Below, piece after piece: positions 29,984 through 39,646 of a stretch of DNA of 64,000 nucleotides. How positions within the stretch are numbered: position 1 is the first letter of the stretch; the number at the start of each line of letters is the position of its first letter. Origin of the DNA: Gemmatales bacterium. Its GTDB lineage: Bacteria; Planctomycetota; Planctomycetia; Gemmatales; HRBIN36. The notes under the pieces were generated by a model that did not search any database, was not told the origin of the DNA, and was given only the letters and a program-made list of their open reading frames with translations. Location: the NCBI GenBank assembly GCA_041640595.1, contig JBEPZY010000006.1, forward strand, positions 1 to 64,000, written 5' to 3'. The translations under genes were made by a program, and so were the position numbers.

Positions 29984-32557
29984 CTAGCCGATCAGCGCCA
30001 GGATATAGGAGACCACGGCAAAGATGCCGATGGCCGCCAAAGCTAGAAACAGCACGTAGTTGCGGAGCAATCCGGTCTGGACATTGCGAAGCCAGGCACC
30101 GATGGCGTAGATGATATTGGCGGTGAGATTCACCAGCCCGTCAATGATGCCGAGGTCAAATCGGCCATCCCATTGCGAGATTTTGACGGTAGCCCGGGCA
30201 CTGCCGTCCACCAGTCCGTCAATAACCTGCAGATCAAACCAGCGGCAGACCCGTGCCAGTACCAGCGCCGGCCGAACCACCACCCAGCGATACAGCTCGT
30301 CGAAATGCCACTTTTCCCACAGGAAAGCATACACCCGCGCAAACTGTTCGCGGGTTGCCTCGGGATCCAGGTAACCCCAGTAATAGATGGTGGTGGCGAG
30401 CAAGAAACCGATACCCGCCGATAACAGGGCGAGCAACCCGGCCAGTGTCCCGGGCTCAGGCAGGTGAATATTCGGAAAAGCTTCCGGTTGCTCCACGTAT
30501 TTGCGCACGGGCGCCAGGAAAGCATCTTGCAGCTTGTTTTCCGAGTCCGGATGCAGATAAATGGGCATTTCGTGGTCGAGGTAGTGCTCCAGTGCACTGG
30601 CATGCGGATCCCAGGGCGGTAACCCCCAAGCCACGGTTACGCTGAAAAACGCCAGCACCACCAGCGGCAGGGTCATCACCCACGGCGACTCGTGGGCGTG
30701 CTGGTAGAGGTGCTCGTCGCGCGGCTCACCGGTAAAGGTCAAATACCATAGCCGGAACATATAGAACGCAGTCATCGCCACGGTCACCAGCGGCAGCAGG
30801 AACAGCAGTATGTGCTGGGGATAATGCGTAACGAAAGCCAGGGCGCTGACCATAATCGCATCCTTGCTGTACCAGCCGCTGAAAAGAGGCGCCCCAGCAA
30901 TGGCAAGCACTCCGACCAGCATCGTGCACGCCGTGATTTTCATCTTGTCGTATAGTCCGCCCATTTTCATCATGTCCTGCTCGTGATGGCAGCCGTGAAT
31001 GACGCTGCCCGAACCCAGAAACAGCAACGCCTTGAAAAAGGCATGCGTCAACAGATGGAACAGTCCGGCGATCCAACCCCCCACTCCGAGAGCCAGCATC
31101 ATGAACCCGAGCTGGCTGACCGTGGAATACGCCAGCACTTTCTTGATGTCGGTTTGCACCAGGGCAATGGTGGCCGCGATGAATAGCGTCGCCGCACCTA
31201 CGTAGGCAATGATCAGCAACACCTCTGGGGTGAAGAGCGGAAATGCCCGTCCGACCAGGTAAACGCCAGCGGCTACCATTGTCGCCGCATGTATCAACGC
31301 ACTCACCGGGGTCGGCCCTTCCATAGCATCCGGCAACCAGACGTGCAGCGGAAATTGAGCCGATTTACCTACACACCCCAGGAAGATGCCAATCCCAGCC
31401 GCTACCAGTGCCCAGTATGGGATCACTGCCAAACCTTCGTTCGTCGGAAAGGTGCTGGCGGAAATTCCTTCCGGACTGGTCAAATCGTCGCCGTGAAAAT
31501 GTCCGGTGAACAGCAGAACGAAATCTCCTTGCGGATGGAGGCGGTAACGCACTTCCGCACCGCTGACGGCTGCCGTCTCAATGGGTTGTACCCGAACGAA
31601 ATTGCCAAACCATTTGTCCAGTTCGCCGGGCAACGGATCACCGTGCGCGTCTTTATCCGGCATACGCACGCGGCTGAACACCCCCGGTTCCAATTCCTGG
31701 CGAACCTCACCCTTGGCGGTCTTTCGTTCCTGCACCGTATCGTGAAGGGTCAGGGTACCGGTATAGGTCCACAAAATGGCCAGGCCCACGATGAATCCGG
31801 CATCCCCGATACGGTTGGTGATGAAAGCTTTGTTGGCCGCGTTGGAAGCACTCTGTCGCTCGTAGTAGTATCCGATGAGCAAATAGGAACAAATGCCCAC
31901 CAGCTCCCAGCTGATGAAAATCTGAAAAAGGTTATCGGCCAGCACCAGGTTGAGCATCGAAAAGCAAAACAGCGACATGTAGGTGAAAAATCGCGGATAG
32001 CGACCGCGACGAACGACGTGGGCCTGGTGGTCCTCCACCTCCGCTTGCAACTCCTCAGCCATGTAGCCGGTGGAGAAAATGTGAATCAGCGTGGCCACCA
32101 ACGTGATCATGACGAACATGGCGACGGTTAAACCATCCACATAAAAGCCCAGTCGAAATGCCGACGCCTGGCCCACTTCGCCGCTACTGGTTTGCGCCCA
32201 GACTACGCCTCCCTGCCAGGGCGGTATCGCGGGATCACGCTTCCTGGCTGGAATATGGTCGTGGCTGCGGTCATGGCGATCAGACATGCCTCCCTGAGCC
32301 GGCTTGTGTTCGTGCCCATGGCCGTGTTTATCGTGGTGGCTGGCAGAACCGTGCTCGTGGTCATGAGTGAGCAAACCACTGTAAGGCAAATAATAGGCAA
32401 AGGCTATCACGCTGAGAACAAAAGCACCTCCGATGGCCGCAGTGGCCACCCAGCCTGCCATTCGACCCCAGTATCGGCCCCCAATGAGCAGGAGCAAAAA
32501 CGAAACCAGTGGCAGGAGTGTGGCAGTGACCAGCAGCCAACCGGGATTTTCCATCAT
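29984..32557 (-). CDS. nuoL: NADH-quinone oxidoreductase subunit L
   Basis: WELVGICSY, KSAQFPLHVWLPDAMEGPTPVSALIHAATMV, HAFFKALLFL. Confidence 0.95.
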   Translation of the reverse strand: MMENPGWLLVTATLLPLVSFLLLLIGGRYWGRMAGWVATAAIGGAFVLSVIAFAYYLPYSGLLTHDHEHGSASHHDKHGHGHEHKPAQGGMSDRHDRSHDHIPARKRDPAIPPWQGGVVWAQTSSGEVGQASAFRLGFYVDGLTVAMFVMITLVATLIHIFSTGYMAEELQAEVEDHQAHVVRRGRYPRFFTYMSLFCFSMLNLVLADNLFQIFISWELVGICSYLLIGYYYERQSASNAANKAFITNRIGDAGFIVGLAILWTYTGTLTLHDTVQERKTAKGEVRQELEPGVFSRVRMPDKDAHGDPLPGELDKWFGNFVRVQPIETAAVSGAEVRYRLHPQGDFVLLFTGHFHGDDLTSPEGISASTFPTNEGLAVIPYWALVAAGIGIFLGCVGKSAQFPLHVWLPDAMEGPTPVSALIHAATMVAAGVYLVGRAFPLFTPEVLLIIAYVGAATLFIAATIALVQTDIKKVLAYSTVSQLGFMMLALGVGGWIAGLFHLLTHAFFKALLFLGSGSVIHGCHHEQDMMKMGGLYDKMKITACTMLVGVLAIAGAPLFSGWYSKDAIMVSALAFVTHYPQHILLFLLPLVTVAMTAFYMFRLWYLTFTGEPRDEHLYQHAHESPWVMTLPLVVLAFFSVTVAWGLPPWDPHASALEHYLDHEMPIYLHPDSENKLQDAFLAPVRKYVEQPEAFPNIHLPEPGTLAGLLALLSAGIGFLLATTIYYWGYLDPEATREQFARVYAFLWEKWHFDELYRWVVVRPALVLARVCRWFDLQVIDGLVDGSARATVKISQWDGRFDLGIIDGLVNLTANIIYAIGAWLRNVQTGLLRNYVLFLALAAIGIFAVVSYILALIG

Positions 32558-32563
32558 AGCCTT

Positions 32564-32878
32564 TTATCCCTTCAGTTCCTCAGCGGTATCCACGTCCACG
32601 GTGAGATAGTTGTTGTAAAAGTTCAAGACAATGGCCAGAGCGATGGCCGCTTCGGCAGCTGCGAGCACAATGGTAAAGAGTGCAAAAATCTGGCCTTCCA
32701 CCCGGAAAGCCTCGTGGAACCGGGCGAAAGCAGCAAAGTTCACCGTGGCTCCGTTAAGCACCAGTTCGACACCCATCAGCACGCCGATGGCATTGCGTTT
32801 GATGGCCATACACACTACACCGCAGACGAATAACACTGCACCAATCAGCAGATAGTGCGTTAGTCCAATGCCAGTCAT
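32564..32878 (-). CDS. nuoK: NADH-quinone oxidoreductase subunit K
   Basis: KRNAI..LMGVELVLN, AAAEAAIALA. Confidence 0.95.
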   Translation of the reverse strand: MTGIGLTHYLLIGAVLFVCGVVCMAIKRNAIGVLMGVELVLNGATVNFAAFARFHEAFRVEGQIFALFTIVLAAAEAAIALAIVLNFYNNYLTVDVDTAEELKG

Positions 32879-32985
32879 GTGGATATCCTTGCTGAGTTAG
32901 GCAATGATTGCTCACCTCGCTGAGCCGCGCTTCGGGCCGATAGGTGTAACAATCCACGCACCGAGGCGGGCGTAATCAAAGCCTT

Positions 32986-33642
32986 TCATCTTTCGGCTGA
33001 CGCCATGGAAGCCGCGCGTTTTCGCCGTGGCCGAGCCAGATAGGCCGCACCGATCAGCACCACCAGTAAATGCACCGAGACAATTTCAAACGGTAGCAAA
33101 TAAGCCGATGCGCTGCGTTGGACTGATGCTTTTTTGCCTTTTTCAGGACCTGGAGCTTCAGCAGTCGGTTTGGCACTTACGTTGGGCAAAGCAGATCGCG
33201 GCTGCACGGAAACATCGCCGAGCAGCGCCCTCCCCAATTGCTCCGTGTGGTACATCTGCTTCGGGTCGTCGGGCATAGCCGCTTCCGGAAGCTTCGACCA
33301 GTCAGCGAAAAACCAGCTGGCGGCTATCAATCCATATAGCAATAAGCCGACGATAATCGCCATAGCCCATTCGCCTGCTCCCGCCCGCAACTGAATGAAG
33401 GGCCCGGTCGCGGTCAGCATCACGCCGAAAATCACCAGTACCAGCGTCCCGCCAACGTACACAAACAGCTGTGTAGCCCCCAGAAAATCGAGTCCGAGCA
33501 AGAAAAACAATCCAGCCGTTCCCGCGAGCGTAAAGAGCAACCAGATCGCGCAGCGCACGATGTGTTGCGTAATCACCACCATCACCGCACATACAGCGGT
33601 GCCGAGAGCGACAATCCAGAAGAGTATTTCGCTGGCGTTCAT
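32986..33642 (-). CDS. nuoJ: NADH-quinone oxidoreductase subunit J
   Basis: QLFVYVGG..VLVIFGVML, YLLPFEIVSVHLLVVLIGA. Start set at ATG 33642. Confidence 0.93.
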   Translation of the reverse strand: MNASEILFWIVALGTAVCAVMVVITQHIVRCAIWLLFTLAGTAGLFFLLGLDFLGATQLFVYVGGTLVLVIFGVMLTATGPFIQLRAGAGEWAMAIIVGLLLYGLIAASWFFADWSKLPEAAMPDDPKQMYHTEQLGRALLGDVSVQPRSALPNVSAKPTAEAPGPEKGKKASVQRSASAYLLPFEIVSVHLLVVLIGAAYLARPRRKRAASMASAER

Positions 33643-33704
33643 GCTTTTATGTCCCGAGCCGAAGCCGATAATCGTCTGATTTGTCCAGCCAGGCATCCAT
33701 AGTG

Positions 33705-34802
33705 TTACCGAGGAGCTGCTGGAAATGCTGGAGGATTGCGGAATGGTAATTTCACCCAGCTAGGAAAGACACTGTGCCATACCAACGGCAGCAGACTGGC
33801 GCCCAGCAACAAAAAGCAGGCGATGGGGAGCAGATATTTCAAACAGGTGGTCATCACCTGGTCAATCCGCAGCCGCGGCAAGGTCCAGCGAACCCACATC
33901 ATCACGAAAACCAGTATCCAGCATTTGGCGATAAAAACCAGCACGCTAAGCACTACGTAAAGCAACCAGGCGTTTTCAAACACCCAATCGCTCAAGCTCG
34001 CGGGTACTACCCCGGTGTGCCAGCCGCCTAAAAACAACGTCGTGGCAATACCGCTTACCGCAAACATTGAGCCATACTCCGCCATGAAGAAAAACGACCA
34101 GCGCAGTCCGCTATATTCAGTATGGAATCCCGCCACCAATTCGCTCTCGGCTTCGGCTAAATCGAAAGGAGCACGCTTGCAGCTAGCTGTGGCACAGGTG
34201 AAATACGTCCAGAACGCCAGAAAAGTGAACGGGTCGTGGAAGACATACCAGTTCCAGAACAGCCCGGCCTGCTGCTGGGAGATAACGTTGAGGTTGAGCG
34301 TGCCGGCCACCAGGACCGGTATAAGCACGCAGATGGCCATCGGCACCTCGTAACTGACCACTTGGGCAGCTTCGCGCATCCCGCCGAACAAAGCCCATTT
34401 ACTCCCCGAGCTGTACCCAGCCAGGATCACGCCGAACACTTCCGTCGCCATCACCGCAAGCATGAAAAAAAGGGCAATGTTCATTTGCAACGCCACCACG
34501 TCCCGACTGAACGGCAACGCCAGGTACGCCAGAAACGAACCGGTAAACGCCAGATACGGCCCCAGTCGGAATAGAAATTGATCAGCGTTGGCCGGTATAA
34601 GGTCTTCCTTCGCCAGCAATTTGATGCCGTCGGCGATGGTTTGCAGCCAGCCGAATTTACCGCCGGCTCGTGTGGGGCCAAGGCGGTCTTGAATTCGACC
34701 CGCGACCTTGCGCTCCAGCCAGATGAAGAATATCGCCGACAGTGCGACGAAAGTGACCAGCACAATCGCCGCTAAGGTCAATATCAGTAGTGTCCAGCCC
34801 AC
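33705..34802 (-). CDS. nuoH: NADH-quinone oxidoreductase subunit H
   Basis: ERKVAGRIQDRLGP, DGIKLLAKE, PFDLAEAESELVAG, TLPRLRIDQ. Confidence 0.96.
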   Translation of the reverse strand: MGWTLLILTLAAIVLVTFVALSAIFFIWLERKVAGRIQDRLGPTRAGGKFGWLQTIADGIKLLAKEDLIPANADQFLFRLGPYLAFTGSFLAYLALPFSRDVVALQMNIALFFMLAVMATEVFGVILAGYSSGSKWALFGGMREAAQVVSYEVPMAICVLIPVLVAGTLNLNVISQQQAGLFWNWYVFHDPFTFLAFWTYFTCATASCKRAPFDLAEAESELVAGFHTEYSGLRWSFFFMAEYGSMFAVSGIATTLFLGGWHTGVVPASLSDWVFENAWLLYVVLSVLVFIAKCWILVFVMMWVRWTLPRLRIDQVMTTCLKYLLPIACFLLLGASLLPLVWHSVFPSWVKLPFRNPPAFPAAPR

Positions 34803-35120
34803 AGCTGAGGTCCCAGATCGCTTTGCCGCAGGGGCAAGCCCTGCCCAGGAAAATGCGTCTTCTGCCGGATATGGGTTTAATCCGGAAAATTAGAGCGTGC
34901 GCCAACGAGTTGCCAGGATTGGCCGTTACTTTATAGGACAACCTTCCCTGTGGCCAGAAGCCTGGAGAAAAATTTGGCCAGGAGCTGAAGCTTGGCCGAC
35001 CTGGATTAGCCTGACACCAATGCGGATACATTGCAGCCGCGCTGGTCCTTGTTTGTGCAAGCAGGAGCGTCAATCCGACGGACGCCACTTACTCGTGCGA
35101 TACCACCGCCCTGGGAGAAG

Positions 35121-36263
35121 ATGATGCACGCCTATGGTGCTGGATTTGGTACGGTGAAATGCCTGAGTCTGTGCACTGCCCTGATGCTGGCCGGTTGCCA
35201 GGGAAGCCCGGGTACCAGCATGGAAAAGCCGACTCCCTCGGCAGGACAAACCGAAACAAAATCTGGCACTCATTCATTCGAGGACAGGACGGCAAGGGCG
35301 AATTCGGACGGAGCCAGCGAGGTAAATTCTGGGCAGGCAAAGTCCGCCAGCTCTGCCAAAGATAAAAAGGCTGCCGAAAAGCCCAAGAAAAAGCCCAAGC
35401 CGGGCGCTTCGTCGGCCGTGAACTGGCTAACCGATTATCCAGCGGCCCGGCAGCTGGCCAGGCAGACAGGCAAGCCGATTTTCGTGGTTTTCCGGTGAGA
35501 GCGGTGAGCGGATTGCACCGCATTTGACGAACAGGTGGTTCGTCCTGCTGACCCCGAACTGATTCACCTGATGCAGCAATTCATCTGCGTTCGCATCCTG
35601 CAGATGAACGGAGTGGATATCGGCCTGTTCCAGTTCGATTTCGACCTGACCTGGGCAGCGTTTTTCCTGAACGCCGATGAGCACATCTACAGCCGCTACG
35701 GTGGCCGCGATGCCGAGGATGCCGAAGGGCGGATGTCCGTGGCGGGGCTGAAATATACCATGCGGCTGGTGCTCGAAGCACATCAGCAAGGGGAAACTGC
35801 ACCAGCCGGACAAAAACGCGAGGTGTTACCTGTCGAAAAAGCGTTTCCTGTCAAAGGCAAAGGGTGCCTGCACTGCCACCAGGTTTACGAAGGCTTACGC
35901 AAAGAAGCGCGGCGTCAGGGAACCTTTCGTTCGGAAATGCTCTGGGTCTATCCCTTGCCGGAAAACATCGGCCTGACACTTGACATAGATGCTGGCAACC
36001 GCATTCAGCGTATCCTTCCCGGTAGCGCTGCCGATCGTGCCGGGCTGCAAGCCGGTGATGTGCTCATCAGGATCGGTACTATTCCGATTCGTTCGCAAGC
36101 CGACTGCATGTACGCTTTACATGTTGCTCCACAGCAAGGCGAACTGCCGTTGCTATATAAGCGCGGCACGCAAACCTGTAAAACAACTCTGCTACTGTCT
36201 TACGGCTGGAAAAAATCCGATTTCTCCTGGCGCCCCTCCATGCGTAAGGAGAAACCGCAATAG
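35121..36263 (+). CDS. Thioredoxin-like/CxxCH/PDZ lipoprotein, probable selenoprotein with two UGA-encoded Sec residues
   Basis: ORFs 35031-35498 and 35535-36263 share a frame; readthrough gives KPIFVVFR-U-ER-U-AD-C-TAFDEQVV. LMLAGC lipobox, CLHCH, C-terminal PDZ (PGSAADRAGLQAGDVL). Confidence 0.8.
35526..35544 (+). promoter_or_regulatory. Putative bacterial SECIS hairpin
   Basis: GACGAAC-AGGTG-GTTCGTC: perfect 7 bp stem with G at loop position 2. The loop starts 25 and 34 nt after the two UGAs. Confidence 0.6.
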
Positions 36264-36280
36264 CTTCGCCCGCAAGCTGC

Positions 36281-36343
36281 CCGAACAAGCTCGCCAGCGG
36301 TCCGAACCAGCTCGCCAGCTGTCGGAACGAGGTCGCCAAATTA
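36281..36343 (+). repeat. Three imperfect 21 bp tandem repeats
   Basis: ccgaacaagctcgccagcggt / ccgaaccagctcgccagctgt / cggaacgaggtcgccaaatta. Confidence 0.75.
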
Positions 36344-36673
36344 CTGGCGCAAGCGTTTTTCTAGAAAGGAAGTGCCTCGCTTGCAGGGAGGTGGCAACTT
36401 CCTCCATGTCCAGACGTCGGTAAGTCTGGCACTTCCCACCACTTTCCACAAACCCAGGTCGAGGCAACAATCCTCTCTATGTCGAGACTTCGGTAAGTGC
36501 CAGCGCTGTTCTATCTGTCAGGGATTACCAGTTGACGCTAAATATACTACCCGTGTCCAGGCGTAATCGAGATAGAACATACCGCCAAAACTCGGGCGGC
36601 CCTCCGTGTTCACGGCAGCTTCCGTTGCACCACAGCAATGGCTGGAATCTTGCCGATTGCCTGACTCGGATGC

Positions 36674-38512
36674 TCACACCGGTTCGGCAGCACTCGACGG
36701 ACATGTTTCCCGCGCAGGCAGGTAAATGCGAAATGTGCTTCCGCGACCTGGCTGGCTTTCCACTTCGATACGGCCACCAAGCATATTCACATAGCCCTGA
36801 ACAATGGCCAGTCCCAGACCAGCGTGTCCGTCACTTTCCCCACGAGACGTGTCGGCTCGATAGAAGCGCTGGAAAATACGTGCCCGCACTTCCTCGGTCA
36901 TGCCGACACCGGTGTCCTGGACTTCGATGTAAAGCGAACCATTGTTTTGTTCAGCGGAAACCTGGACGGAACCGCCAGGCCGATTGTATTGCACAGCGTT
37001 ATCGAGCAGGTTGATGAGGATGTCGCGGAGCTTAGCCGCATCCGTGTAGCACAGCACCGATGGCACCGATGCACTGAGGGCAACCTGCTGTTGTTTTGCC
37101 AGCGGTTCGACCGTGCGAATGCAGTCCTCCACCAGCGCGGCCAGATCAAACCAGTGCCGACGTACCTGGTCCACTCCCGCGTCCAGTCGCGCCAAAGCAA
37201 GCACACGTTCGGCGAGGTGGCGAAGCTGCCGGCCAATCCGCTGACAGTTCTCCAGAGTGGCACGGTATTCCTCAGCGCTGCGAGGTCGCCGTAAAGACAC
37301 TTCCAGGGTAGTCAGCAAAGCCGCGATAGGCGTGCGAAGATCGTGCGAGATGTCGGCGATGGCCTGCTTTTCTCGCTCGAATGCCTGTTGTAAGGAGCGA
37401 AGAGTTTGCTGCAATTTTTCCACAATCGGCACCAGTTCTCGCGGCACGGGCTGGCCATCCAATGGCAGCGAAAAAGTCTTTTCATTCACCTGACTGACTG
37501 CATCAGCGATTCGGGCCAGCGGTTTTAAGTTGTTCCGAATCAACGCCCAACCTCCGATCCCGGCCCCAGCAAAGGTGGCAAGATTGGTCAACAACAAAAG
37601 CAGCCCGAAAGATCGCAACGCCGAACGGGTGTCGGCTTCGCTTTGCCGCCAGCCTTCATCGCGGCGCTGGGCGAGTCGTTCCAGTTTTTCGGCCAGCGGA
37701 GCCGTACTTCTGGCGACGGAGATAAACAGTTGCGGAGCTGATTGGTCCACAAAGGGAGGCAAGTTTCCGACTGGCGGCTTGCCTGGCGTCGGCGGGCGAA
37801 GAGTGCGTCCGGGAAACTCTGAAGGTCGCCCGCGTCCGGAAGGTCCGCTTCGTTCTGCTGGCCAGCCTCTCCACAGGAAAAACCGCCAGCGGCTTACCGG
37901 CACACGCACCGTGACTCGCCGCATGGGTTCACCTTTGGGGCTTTGAATTTCGTCATAGTACGGCTCCAATAATCGCAACTGCTCCCGCCATGTCGTCGGC
38001 AGTCGCCACGGCTCGGATAGGTTGGGTGAATAGTGCAGCACCTCCCCGTTGGGAAACGTGAACTGATAATAGAGCTCCTCTTCGCCTTCGACAAAAAATT
38101 CCTCAGAAATTTCCAGATTGGGAGCCACCAGCCAGTGCAAACGCAGGGCCAGTGGCGTATAAGCATCCTGTCCGAGCCAAATCGGCACGGTCGCAAAGGC
38201 GTTGGCGTCGAGCACAGCCGTCAAACACCCCAGGGCGAAAAACCGCAACCGCGGCCAACGCCATTGCAATCGGGCAATCCCCGCCAGAGCGTGTGCCTGG
38301 TGAAGCAAACTTTCATCGAAACGCTCTCTTTCCTCCCGTTCCGCGCTTTCATATCGAGCCTGCAACATTTCCCGAATGCCGTTCTGGCGCACTTCCAGCG
38401 AATAACGAGCCAGCGCGTACGCTGACCACGACACCCATCCCAGGACCAGCCCAAGAACCACCAGCAAGCTTAACAGCAAGCGTAATCGTATCGAACGCAT
38501 CGCATCCCTCAT
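36674..38512 (-). CDS. Sensor histidine kinase (2 TM, HAMP, HisKA, HATPase)
   Basis: DISHDLRTP, NLLDNAVQY, DTGVG, GLGLAI. Confidence 0.95.
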   Translation of the reverse strand: MRDAMRSIRLRLLLSLLVVLGLVLGWVSWSAYALARYSLEVRQNGIREMLQARYESAEREERERFDESLLHQAHALAGIARLQWRWPRLRFFALGCLTAVLDANAFATVPIWLGQDAYTPLALRLHWLVAPNLEISEEFFVEGEEELYYQFTFPNGEVLHYSPNLSEPWRLPTTWREQLRLLEPYYDEIQSPKGEPMRRVTVRVPVSRWRFFLWRGWPAERSGPSGRGRPSEFPGRTLRPPTPGKPPVGNLPPFVDQSAPQLFISVARSTAPLAEKLERLAQRRDEGWRQSEADTRSALRSFGLLLLLTNLATFAGAGIGGWALIRNNLKPLARIADAVSQVNEKTFSLPLDGQPVPRELVPIVEKLQQTLRSLQQAFEREKQAIADISHDLRTPIAALLTTLEVSLRRPRSAEEYRATLENCQRIGRQLRHLAERVLALARLDAGVDQVRRHWFDLAALVEDCIRTVEPLAKQQQVALSASVPSVLCYTDAAKLRDILINLLDNAVQYNRPGGSVQVSAEQNNGSLYIEVQDTGVGMTEEVRARIFQRFYRADTSRGESDGHAGLGLAIVQGYVNMLGGRIEVESQPGRGSTFRIYLPARETCPSSAAEPV

Positions 38513-38635
38513 CGTTCTCCGACACTCTCAATTGCGGTTACCGTCCGTACGATTATCGGCGAGTGCCTGGATGGTCGCGGACCCAGGCACTTCTACGATT
38601 GGGCATTGCCAGTTTGAATCCACGCATTGCTGCCA

Positions 38636-39319
38636 TCATACTTCATCTTCCTCGCTTCGCAGCATGTAACCTTCGCCCCAGCGGGTCAGGATGAGCGGCG
38701 GTTCGAACCCTTTGTCAATCTTTTGCCGCAGATAGCGAATGTACACGTCCACGACATTGGAAGTATTTTCGTCATGTTCGTCGTAGAGATGCTCCCAGAT
38801 CATGGGACGAGTGACCACCCGACCACGGTGGAAGGCGAGAAATTCCAAGAGCGCGTATTCGCGCGGGGTGAGATGAATGACTTTGCCACCCCGTTTGACT
38901 TTTCGAGCGGCGGTGTCAATTTCCAGGTCGTAAATGCGTATGATGGGATTTTTCACCTGATGTTTGCGACGAACCAGCGCACGGATGCGGGCGAGCAGTT
39001 CCTCAAACTGGAACGGCTTGGCCAAGTAATCATCCGCTCCCAAATTCAAGCCGTGTACCTTTTCTTCCGTGCTCCCGCGAGCAGTCAAAACCAGGACATG
39101 GGTAGTCAATCCCCGTTCCCGCCAGCGCTTCAACAGCGTCCATCCGTCCACTTTCGGCAACATGAGATCGAGCACGATGACGTCGTACTCGTTGACCCGC
39201 GCTTTGTAGTCGGCTTCCTCACCATCGTAAGCCACATCTACGGCAAACCGCTCTTCCTCTAAACCTTGCTTGAGCGCTCCCGCTAAGGTTTTATTATCTT
39301 CGACGATGAGAATCCGCAT
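38636..39319 (-). CDS. OmpR-family response regulator
   Basis: MRILIVED, LDLMLP, GADDYLAKPF, NVVDVYIRYLRQKID. Confidence 0.95.
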   Translation of the reverse strand: MRILIVEDNKTLAGALKQGLEEERFAVDVAYDGEEADYKARVNEYDVIVLDLMLPKVDGWTLLKRWRERGLTTHVLVLTARGSTEEKVHGLNLGADDYLAKPFQFEELLARIRALVRRKHQVKNPIIRIYDLEIDTAARKVKRGGKVIHLTPREYALLEFLAFHRGRVVTRPMIWEHLYDEHDENTSNVVDVYIRYLRQKIDKGFEPPLILTRWGEGYMLRSEEDEV

Positions 39320-39646
39320 GGTCAGCACTCACCGCCTTGGTCCACTGAAACCGACTCTTGGGCATCCCCCAAGGTAGTGTACGCCAGCAATTCTTAAATG
39401 GGTATGAGCAAATCAATCGCACACCGTTACGCTCACCGGGAATTGCTGGCGGGGCGAACAGGGAACACAGCTCGATAGATTTCTCGGCCCACCCTGAAGA
39501 TCCTGTATCTGATTCCGGGACCGATTGCTCTTGCCTACTTTTGTGAGCGCGGTTATGCAACCGGGTCTAGGCGGCGAGGTCAGCGGCTCGTCAAAAGGCA
39601 GGACCGCAAACCTCCCGAGTAGTACGGTGCAAACTCACGCAAGGAG

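Noticed and set aside
35031..35498. Treating ORFs 35031-35498 and 35535-36263 as two genes or a nonsense pseudogene
   Set aside because: Both stops are TGA at Cys-like positions of one continuous domain with a SECIS-like hairpin, so recoding is more parsimonious, though unproven.
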